Source: the human T2T-CHM13v2.0 reference genome, Homo sapiens
Length of the DNA: 64,000 nt
Reading direction: 5' to 3' (one strand)
NCBI RefSeq assembly: GCF_009914755.1
Contig: NC_060936.1
The position numbers were made by a program, and so were the translations under genes. Shown in pieces: positions 14,210 through 24,120 of the stretch. The notes under the pieces were generated by a model. That model was given only the letters and a program-made list of their open reading frames with translations. It was not told the DNA's origin and did no database searches. Each line of letters starts with the position of its first letter. Position 1 is the first letter of the stretch.

Positions 14210-15500
14210 TCTTCTCAATCTGTTTTCAACGTTGCAGTAATGAGTCTGTTAAAACCTAAGTCAGATCACATTTGCTCCTAACCATATACAGTCCCGTTTC
14301 ACTCAGAGTAAAAGACAAAGTTCTCACCATGACCCATAAAGATGTCTGTGATATTCCTTCTTCCTTACTCTGACCTCACTTGCTCCTTCTCACTTGGTCT
14401 GCTCCAGCCACTGACTACCATACGTTCCTCAAACCTCACACTCTCCTGTCTCAGGGCCTTTGCACTTCTTGTTCCTTCTGCCTTCAACATTATATCCTCA
14501 GGTAACTGCATGTCTCCCTCCCTCTCCTCCTGGAGGTAATGCATGTCTCCCTCTCTCACCTCCCAGAGGTAGCGCCTGGCTTCTCCCTTACCTCCCAGAG
14601 GTAGCACCTGGCTTCTGTCTCACCTCCCAGAGGTAGTGCCTGGCTTCTCCCTCACCTCCCAGAGGTAGCGCCTGGCTCCTCTCTTACCTCCCAGAGGTAC
14701 TTCCATGGCTTCTCTCTCACCTCCCAGAGGTAGCGCCTGGCTCCTCCTTCACCTCCCAGAGGTAGCTCCTGGCTCCTCCCTCACCCCCCAGAGGTAGCGC
14801 CTGGCTCCTCCCTCACTTCCCAGAGGTAGCGCCTGGCTCCTCCCTCACCCCCCAGAGGTAGCGCCTGGCTTCTCTTTCACCTCCCAGAGGTACTTCCATG
14901 GCTCCTCTCTCACCCCCCAGAGGGAGCACCTGGCTCCTCCCTCACCCCCCAGAGGGAGCACCTGGCTCCTCCCTCACCCCCCCAGAGGGAGCGCCTGGCT
15001 CCTCCCTCACCCCCCAGAGGTAGCGCCTGGCTTCTCTCTCACCTCCCAGAGGTACTTCCATGGCTCCTCTCTCACCCCCCAGAGGGAGCACCTGGCTCCT
15101 CCCTCACCCCCCAGAGGGAGCACCTGGCTCCTCCCTCACCCCCCAGAGGGAGCGCCTGGCTCCTCCCTCACCCCCCAGAGGGAGCGCCTGGCTCCTCCCT
15201 CACTTCCCAGAGGTACTTCCATGGCTCCTCTCTCACCTCCCAGAGGTAGTGCCTGGCTCCTCCCTCACCTCCTGGAGCTCATTGCTCTTCCCTTGGCCAC
15301 AGTGTCATTCCTCATACCCCTAGCACTCCTTGTCTCCCTTCTCTGGTCTACTTTTCTTCAGGGCACTCATCTCAGGCACCATTCCATTTCCTGCTTTACA
15401 TGTTTTTCTCAGTGTCCCCTTTATGGAATATCAGCCTCTGGAATACCTGTCTCAGTCATGGCTGTGTCCTAAGCTCCTAGATGCACCTGACACACAGGAT
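14210..15500 (+). mobile_element. L2 3' region split by an internal minisatellite
   Basis: 'ctcagggcctttgcacttcttgttccttctgcc' upstream of the VNTR and an L2 tail '...ctcctagatgcacctgacacacagg' downstream. Confidence 0.75.
14500..15275. repeat. Minisatellite with a 32-bp unit (cccagaggtagcgcctggctcctccctcacc[c/t]), about 23-24 copies
   Basis: Unit starts at 14562, 14594, 14626 and onward. A 33-bp variant containing 'tacttccatgg' recurs. Confidence 0.96.
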
Positions 15501-16249
15501 GGTGGACTGGAGATGAAAATCCATGTGCCCAGACTCCTGGCTTGGTTCTCTTTCTATTCTATATGATAAATGGCTGACAATAGTGCATGGCCCAAGGGTA
15601 AGATCTGTGCACAGAAAACACCTACCAATAGATTGATACCCCATTGTCAATTAATGCTTAGGGAGCTAAGATTGGTACTAAGATGCAAAAATAATAAGCC
15701 ATACAAACCTCATCTATCAGTCATTATAACAGACATGAGCAATTTGCAATTTTAGTTTTGGCAGTCTTAACAATCATCTGCAAACTGGGATCACCATCCC
15801 TGTTCAGAGATGAGATAATGGAAGTTCAAAGAGGTGACATCTCTTTGTAATGCCGCACAGAGGTGAAACCAGCTCAGAAGATGTCTCATGTGTAGGTCAG
15901 GACCCCTGCAGAGGACAAGACCCTGTGAGCTGTCATTGTGATCACCATGAACAATCCTGTTTATGGAAGAATTTCTCTGAGATGGGCTCTGAGATGGGAT
16001 GTGGAAGGGGAAATGGTGGGGTCAGATTCAGTCTGCACAGACTTTATTTGACCCTTGTGGCATTTATTCATAAACTTTAGGATTAATGGCTAATATTTGA
16101 AAAGTCAGGCTTTACATGTGAAAAATCCAGTACACTGGTTTCTCTTGAAAACATGCGCATTAAATCCCAAATCTCCAAAAACAAGTTTGGATGGAGAAAG
16201 GGAGGCCAAGTCATCAAGCTGGCATGTGTGTGGAGTTTGTATGTTCGAT

Positions 16250-16720
16250 GTTTATTCATTCTTTGTTCCAACAAATATTTATTGGGCACCTAATATATGA
16301 TGGTCTTTGTTTTAGGCATTGGAGAGAGACGATAAACAGAACTTATGTTTTTGAAAGAGGAGACAGGCAGTAAACAAGCACATCAGTAAATACAGAGTCG
16401 GTCATGTGGGGTAAAGAGCTATGGAGAAAAATAAAGCAGGAGAGATGCACAGTGTGGTTGGTGGCAGAGACAAAAGTTGAAAAGGGAATAGTCAGCAAAG
16501 CCCACTGACAAGCTGACATCCAAGCATGGACCTAAAAGGAGTGGGTGGGAAGGGCAGGGGATATTTGGGGGAAGGGAGTGCTCCAGAGACTGAAGAGGAA
16601 TAGTGAAACTTAAGTGGGGAGCATGGCTGATGCATTGGAGGTCTGACAAGACAACCCAGGGTCAGTAGTGGGTGATGACATCAGGAAAGTCCAGGCAGGG
16701 GCTTCAGGTCATGCAAGGGT
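16250..16720 (-). mobile_element. L2 3' fragment
   Basis: 'ttcattctttgttccaacaaatatttattgggcaccta' is the antisense L2 tail. Confidence 0.7.
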
Positions 16721-17899
16721 TGGCTTGGATCTTGCTGAACAGAGTACAGGTGACATGAACAGCTGGGTTTTCCCCTGTCCCCCATGGATTTCCCTTCCCA
16801 ACCACACTCACTTCTTCTGCTCATAGCCCATTGGAATCACAGGGCCTGTCATCTGACCCACCAAAAGAGAAGCGGTTGAGAGTGATAATCCTATCATGTT
16901 CTTGGTCAAACAGTAACCTGAAAATATTTGGTAGGCAGGATAACAGCTACTGTAATAATTGTTATTTTGTGGACGTGTGTCTAAACACATAGGGATAAAG
17001 GTGCACAATAAAAACTCTTTGGAGAACACTACCCTAGATAAATCGTATAGTCATTCCAGCACTAGAATTTTGCAGGCAGGTAATAATTTCCAGCATTCCT
17101 TCTGTGATTGGTGTTGAACTTTGGGGAATTCTGAAGTGACTTTTAATCTATTGATGGACTTGGCAGCAGGAAGGGTGGTTGTCATTAAGCCTCACTGAAA
17201 TGGAGAATGCATCATAAGTGATGGATGTGGTATTCCCACTTGTGCGGTTAACCTTTGGTTCTCTACGTTGTATCTTTCTCTAACACTGAACAGGCTTTCA
17301 TGCAGAAACTCATTATATCATCTCTTTCCCAATGACTAGAGGCTCAACTTAAGTCCAGAAGTCAAACCAACAGTCATTTCAGCCACAGAGAAACAATAAT
17401 GATGAATTCTTTATATACACAAATATATTCCAAATGATACTTTGGAGTTATAAGATGCTGGAAGAAAACAAAATTAATATTTTAAATATCATGCCCTATT
17501 TAAATGACAGTTAAGCTTTTGGCTGGATCAGGAATCAGCACATCGTTTCATTCAGTTAGGTAAATGCCAGGCTGCAATGACATACTGTAATTACTTAGGG
17601 CTTGGGAGAAAAGTACAATTTCCTTTGCTACCTGTAGCTTTAGGTCATGATGTTCTTGTGGCCAACTAGGAGAAACCCTCTGATCACAGAAAGTCCCTTT
17701 ACTACCAGGTGGGTTGTTGGAGCAGCTGAAAACAGCTTTTCTTAGCTCAGGGTTAGAATCTAATTCTAGACTTGGGTAATTGGATCAACAGCCAGATCTA
17801 ATTGCCAACAAATAACAGAGTAAAGTTTAGGCTGATTAGCTGTGCAAAGCTATTATTTGGTTTAATGAAAAGTGCAAAATTTGTTCACAGAGCCCTGCG

Positions 17900-18112
17900 T
17901 GGGTGCTCACCATGTCTCTACCAGGCACTCTGTGTGCTACCTGCAGGTGCAGAATCTCATTTAATCCTCACTCCAACCCTATGACTTAGGCGCACTCATT
18001 ATCCCCATTTTAGGGGTGGAGGGAACTGAGGTTCAGAGCGTGAATTCCCTTGTCCAGGATTGCACAGTGAAGGGCAGAGCTGAGATTCAAATTCAGGGAT
18101 TCCTGTCTCTAA
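17900..18112 (-). mobile_element. MIR
   Basis: 'tctcatttaatcctcac...tatccccatttta...gaactgaggttcagag...gcagagctgagattcaaa'. Confidence 0.85.
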
Positions 18113-18289
18113 GACATCCTGAGAAATGATTTTGCAACGATTACTGGACCCTTTGCAACACTGCCTCCCAAACTGCCTTAAAAAAAGCAAAAGTACCCTC
18201 AGGATTTGTAAGAGGTGAGATGTCTTCCCCCTGTGCACAGAGCAATCCTCCCTCCAGCCTCGCCCACTGCCCCAGGGGTTGGCAGAGTG

Positions 18290-18590
18290 GCTCCACCTGC
18301 ACCTGCACAGGTGGCCCCGCGCCTCTCACACAGGTTCAGCTCCCGCCTGTCCCTGTGCAGAGCGCCCCCTGCCGGTCCCTCTTGGAGGCTGGGCCAGCGT
18401 TGCGAGTCTTGCCAGGGACGCGCGCTCTAGCGCCGGAGGCTGGGAACGCACCGCGGTGCCACCGCGTCCTGCAGGGGCGGGGCGCGCACCTGGGGATGCA
18501 CCTGTCCTAGACCCCCTGCGCCTATTCCTCGCCCGCCCCATCCTTCCCCTTTTCACTTTCCCTGTTCTGCCCTTTCCCTCTATTTATAAT
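18290..18590. promoter_or_regulatory. Small CpG-rich candidate cis-regulatory element
   Basis: More than 20 CpGs in ~230 bp in a CpG-poor window. GC box GGGGCGGGGC at 18474-18483, five CACCTG/CAGGTG E-boxes, and CTCF, IRF and MEF2/TATA-like motifs. Confidence 0.6.
18360..18378 (-). promoter_or_regulatory. CTCF core motif
   Basis: Minus strand GGACCGGCAGGGGGCGCTC versus consensus TGGCCACCAGGGGGCGCTA. Confidence 0.65.
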
Positions 18591-19667
18591 AATTTAATTC
18601 AATTAGCAGACCCTCTCGCCAAAACATGTACGCGACCACAGAATTCAGCTCGAAGTTTCAAAATTCAGTACATCACAGGCACTTTTTGCAGGTCATCCAC
18701 CAGCGTTCTGGCCTATTTGGGCCTCAGCAGGGCTTTTCTGATTTAAAGAGAGGAACAGACCACTTCATTTTTTCCCATTTTTTTTTTTACTTAATATAAA
18801 TGAATAAATAAAGCCAACATGTAGTTTCCAAATATGTGATATAGTTTAAATGTTCACATTTGAAGATGTAAATGCCTTTAAGTTGCAGAAGGTATAATGC
18901 ATAACTCACAAGATGCCTACAAGATTTGGGAACATCATTCCCAGTGCAGTAAAGAAATGTGGTCAGAAGTTTTCAGTGGTGTGTTGAGGATCTGCTTTGC
19001 ACAATGGTGACAGCTTGGCTGTCACTGGTCATGTAGCTTTCTTTGAACATGGCACCAAAGGGCCCAAGTTGATTGCTGTCAAGAACGTGGGGCCTGAGAA
19101 CTCAGTTTGCCCTCCTTTGCCTGCTAAGACCACCTGATGGAAGCTTTGGCTTCTGTCTCCTGTTTCCAGTACGTGGGGATGCCTGTGTGCATTTGTGTGC
19201 ATGTGTGTGTGCGGTGTCTGTCTTAGTGAGTGTCCTTGGTGGTCTGGACTTTCTCTCATAGCAGCCTTTGAAGGAGATGCAATGCTTAACTCCCTTCTTG
19301 GAGGAGGGGAGGGAGGAGCACAGAATGCAGGTACAAGCATTGGAGGGTAAGAACCTGAGCCCAGGGATGTCTGAGTCAGGAGTACTCACTAGGCTGTTCC
19401 AATGCTGCATGAGTGATACAAGAGAAAACTAGGAATTGCAGTGAGGAACAGAACAGCTAAACAGTAGGGGAGCAACGGAAGACTGGTCGGGCGCAGATCC
19501 ACCTCTTCTAGAGCCCAAGTTCTGGCAGTTGTTTTATAAGATTCAAAGGTCCTGTTTTTGGTGAGACAGAACACAGTGACAGAAAGATAAAAGGCAGAAC
19601 TCTGTTGCTTACAGTTCCAAAAGAGAGGGAACTTCCAGGCGGGACTATGCAGACGGCTGCGTTGTGG

Positions 19668-19972
19668 GTGAAGGCTGCATCATGGTCAGGGAAGGCTGCG
19701 TCATGGGCAGTGAGGGCTGCGTCATGGTCAGGGAAGGCTGTGTCATGGGCAGTGAGGGCTGCGTCACGGGCAGTGAGGGCTGTGTCATGGTCAGGGAAGG
19801 CTGCAGCATGGGCAGTGAAGGCTGCGTCATGGTCAGGGAAGGCTGCGTCATGATCAGGGAAGGCTGCGTCATGGTCAGGAAAGGCTGCGTCATGGTCAGG
19901 GAAGGCTGCGTCATGGTCAGGGAAGGCTGCGTCATGGGCAGTGAGGGCTGCATCATGGGCAGTGAAGGTTGC
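19668..19972. repeat. Minisatellite with a 21-bp unit (gtcatggtcagggaaggctgc / gtcatgggcagtgagggctgc), about 14-15 copies
   Basis: Directly visible. It explains the repetitive ORFs on both strands. Confidence 0.96.
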
Positions 19973-21099
19973 AGGGCACATAATGTGTGGCGAGTGCAGT
20001 GGCTTGGTTAAGTTTCCAGGGCTCCCTGTGGACTGGCAATTTGAGGACTTTCTTGGGCTCTTGGGCTCAGAGCTGTCTCTAGTTGTTTGATACCCAGCCC
20101 TAGAGCACTAAGGGAGATGCATAGTGGCTTGGAGTGTGGAAACCCATAAGGGAAGTGGTGGGGGACATGGACTTAATCAGATACTGAAGAAGGGGAACTG
20201 CCCCTGCCTTTTGCCAGAAGCCTCAAAAGTGGATCAGGACAGCATCAGACAAAGAAACGAACAAACTATATTATACAGCCAATAACTTCAGGGAATGGTG
20301 GACTGTTTACAATGAGAAATGCCTCCCCTCTTTCCCAGGCCAGTTCCCCCAGGACATCTGTGTCTTGCAGAACCAACTGAAACAGTGAACTAGAGAAATT
20401 CCTCTTTTTCTCAGTAGAGGAAATGGAGCCACTGAAAGTTGGAATGATGATTGCAAAACATGCCGACAAGCAGGGCCAGCCCTAGGCCTGTGTGTCTTTT
20501 CTCCCAGCTTCCTTTGCTGGCAGTTTTATTGGTAAAACCATCAGTCTTGTTAGCACTCGTGATTCAGTACTGATGACCAGGCATTTTTTTTTTCTGTGTT
20601 GTGATTATTCTAACATAATTACTATGGGAAACATGTGTTGTTGAACAAAGCGCTGTAGGCATAGCCATGCCTGATTGGTTTCTATTAATTCCATTCATAA
20701 ATCATGGATTAAAGTGGATGCAGAAGTGGAGAGGGAGGTGAAAGGAGCTGTGGAATGGTGAGCCAGCCCCTGCAAATTTCCCTTCTGGGGAAGGTGCTGG
20801 AAGTTTGTCCATCTCCCTGTTGGCTGCTTTCTCTTCTCCCCAAGCCCTCCCTTTACGTGCATTTCCCCTTCAGATCCCCAGCTGTTAAAAATCACAGACA
20901 ATTGATCCAGGTATGTTCCTGGAGGATGTTTTTCCAGCCATCACTGTGATCTGCCAAGATGTGTCCAAATGCTGTATTCTGAGTTCTGCTGGGAGGGACC
21001 CCCTTCATACAAGCCTTCCTCGTCTGTATTTAGCTTCGTGATGCAACATCACACCCAGTGTCCCAGTTCATCCTCGCAACCCTGCTGAGAGGGTACCAT

Positions 21100-23600
21100 A
21101 GCATGGAAAAAAGCTTGCAGCAGAGAATTTAATGTCTTTTGAGGAGCATCTCTGGCATGCCGTTGGGCCCTGGCAGAAATGGAAACCTTGATGTGGGTGA
21201 GGTACTGAGTGACCAGTGATTGTGCCTCTGGAACCGTCTTTCATGAGCTGGATTCTTTAGGATCCTCCAAGTCATAACGTTAGGTCAGCTGAGTATGGTC
21301 CACTGGAAGACGGAAATGGTAAGTCCAGCCCTGAGCCTGAGCAGGATCAGAGGGCACGAGGAAGCTGCATGGGCAGAATCCAGGCCCCAGGTTACCCACC
21401 ACTGTTGAACCCATCATCCCTCAGTGTACACCTGTGGCCGGATGACCCCATGTTGCCCACAACTGTTGCAACCCACCATCCCTCAGTACATACCTGTGGC
21501 CATATTGAGGGTCTCTGACACCTGGAGGAGGGGGAACACACTGGAGCTTAGTCTAAAGATGAACCCACCAACATGTGGATGTGAGACCAAAATGGTCAGC
21601 TGCTGTATCATAGCCATACCCAGGCGTGGCCTTGAAAGGCAGTGGAGAGGAAAGATCTTTACACTGGGCAGAACCTTGAATAGAGCCCTGTACAACCACT
21701 TTGTGTGGAAGGGGATGTGGCTTGAAGTGAGAATTTATATGATCTCATGGGCAGTAATGGGTGGCCTGGTGGGCTAATCATGGATCTGAGAGATTGAGGA
21801 CAAGGAGTTCTGGGGATGAAACACTGGATGATCACCTGAGATTGGACACAAAGTGAAAATCCTTCCGTTGAATGTTAATGTGTTAGCACTCACCCAGACA
21901 CATCCATCACAGGCAAGGCATTCAACAATGAGTAGACAAGGAGGCCCAGCCCATTGACGTTAGCTGATCTGTCATTGGCCAACCCAAACTGGAGCAATGA
22001 TCACATGCCCAGAGGGGCCATGGCAGCAGAGACTGAGGAGACACAGCCCCAGCAGTGTGGACTTCACTGCTCAAGCCTGGTTCAGCAGCAGCCACCTCTG
22101 AGTGTCCAGCCTGCCAGCTGCAAGAGCAATGCTGTGCCCTGTGATGGCAATGTCCTCGTGGAGGCTGTGCCAGTGCAGGGTCTCTGGGAAGCAGACACCA
22201 GGGTGGAGCTGGAAGTACAGGAGATGCCCACTCAGGGAAGGGGAGAGAGGGTGCAGAGGAAGGCAAGGGGAGCCCTCGGACGATGATGCATGTCTGGCAC
22301 CTGTGAAAACGAGGAGGAAGGAAAGGGTTTAGCAAAGAAGGAGCCCAGATCATAGGACAGCTTGGAGAAGGCCTCAGCCCACCCACGGGGGAGCTCCCAT
22401 GCAAGGATGGCCATGGAGGAGCCTCACACCAGCAATGTGGAGCTGTTGTACCCCCGCGGTGCTCACTGGCTGGGAGCATCCCAGGAAAAGCATGTCCTTG
22501 GCTCAGATGCTGAGGCCGAGCCTGAGGTGCCCACAGCTAGAGGCTGTCAGCTCTCTGCACTCTGTGGGGTGGGCTCCCTCTAGGAGAGGGACCTCAGAGG
22601 TCACATCACTGACTGCCTCAGAGACCAGCCCATCTCTCGAGGCCAGCCAGGCTTCCTGGGGCCCTTCTGTACTGGAAGGGCCAGGAGCTTGTTCCCACTG
22701 AAACGTGCACCTGTGCTGGAAGGGGTTTCCCGCTCTTGGCTGCAAGGTCCCAGCCAGCACCTCTCCCCAGGGGGTTCTGGGGTGACTAATGCACAGGCGT
22801 TGAATCCCACGCAGCATAGCATCAGGGGAGCCACTGCACAGGAAGGAGGTGCTGATGTGGGCTGGAGCATGATGCACGTTGGTCATCTCATGTGCTGGAC
22901 CTTACGGAGCTGCCTGCCTGACAGTGCAGGGGAGTGGCGTGGAAACATGCTGCTGAAACACCAGCTCCATAACAGCTTCTGTGAGAAGGGGATGCTGCCC
23001 CCCAACCTAGGGAGAATCAGACCTCTATGTGGTGCTGTGTCCCCAACAGGAAGACCACACAGGACCAGGACTCAAGGTGCAGAAGCAGGAGTGGCCCCAC
23101 TTCCCATAGTCCCCAGGTCCTCAGGGGGAGTTTGTGTTGACATAGTCACAACTCTGGGCTCTGTGTGCTGGAGGTTATGGCTGAATGTGGGGTGCCTGCT
23201 TTCTGGGGGACAGAGAAAGGGTCTTGTTAAAGTGCAAGCTATGGCCACTGCCTGGGCTCCTGGACTCCTGCATGTGAGGACCAGCAGCAAGGAGTCATGT
23301 GGCCATTTATCCAGGGCACCTAAAACTATGGTCACACATGAAGGGAAGGAGGAATGAGCGTGGAGCTCAGGTAACCCCCATGGGTGCCTCTTGCCCCATT
23401 GTGACTGTGAGTGGACATGGGCGGCACTCCAGCCTCTGGAGGGCATGGCCACCAGGGCTTGAGGGCCCCAGGGAGGGAGGTTTGGTCCTACTAGCATGTG
23501 AGCCACCAGGACCAGGGGAGGGGAGGGTTGGTGGGAGAATCTGGAATGGACATTGGCAAGGAAACCATGAACAGCAGAGGTGGCCTTGAGATCAACTGCA
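21100..23600 (+). mobile_element. Decayed ERV-L internal region (pol RNase H, integrase and dUTPase remnants)
   Basis: Translations resemble HERV-L Pol in collinear order: HFVWKGMWLEVRIYMISWAVMGGLVG (RNase H), GHGSRD...AATSECPACQ (integrase zinc finger), and RPLCGAVSPTGRPHRTRTQGAEAGVAPL. Many stops and frameshifts. Confidence 0.8.
22165..22600 (-). mobile_element. Possible old ERV-L LTR (LTR16-like) interrupting the internal remnant
   Basis: 'gggtctctgggaagcagacacc...ggagctggaagtacagg' resembles the antisense LTR16-type end, recalled from memory. Confidence 0.35.
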
Positions 23601-23617
23601 CGGTTGGGGCCTCCATA

Positions 23618-23798
23618 GCCTGGCGCGGTGGTATGTATCTGTAATCCCAGCTACTTGGGAGGCTGAGCTGAGAGGATCACTTGAACCCAGGAGCTCAAGG
23701 ATGCAGTGAGCTGATAGCTGTGATTCTGCCTGTGAATAGCTAGCGTGCTTCAGCCTGGGCAATGCAGAGAGACTCGTCTCCTAAAAACAACAAAAAAA
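23618..23798 (+). mobile_element. FAM (fossil Alu monomer)
   Basis: Single monomer retaining the 7SL-derived 'gcctgtgaatagc', with an A-rich tail. Confidence 0.85.
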
Positions 23799-24120
23799 GG
23801 CTGGATGTGGTGGTGCTCACATCTGTAATCCCAGAGCTCTGGGAAGCTGAGGCGAGAGGATTGCTTGAGCCCAGGAGTTTGAGAGTAGCCTGGGCAACAT
23901 AGTGAGACCTCGTTTCTACTAAAAATTTAAAAAATTAGCCAGGGATGGTGGCGTGCACTTGTAGACCAACCAACTCAGGAGGCTGAGGCGGGAGGATCGC
24001 TTGAGCCCAGGAGTTTTAGACTACAGTGAGCCATGATCGCACCACTGCACCACTGCACCCCAGCCTGGGCAACAGAAGGAGATCCTGTCTCAAAAAAAAA
24101 AAAAAAAGAAAAAAAGAAAA
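23799..24120 (+). mobile_element. AluJ directly after the FAM tail
   Basis: AluJ diagnostics 'ggattgcttgagcccaggagttt' and 'ctgggcaacatagtgagacc'. Confidence 0.92.

Noticed and set aside
14500-15275. CRISPR-like array (32-bp periodicity)
   Set aside because: The units are head-to-tail with no unique spacers, there are no cas genes, and the DNA is primate.
19508-20011. Repetitive ORFs (HDAAFPD, MVREGCV)
   Set aside because: A stop-poor 21-bp unit keeps frames open on both strands.
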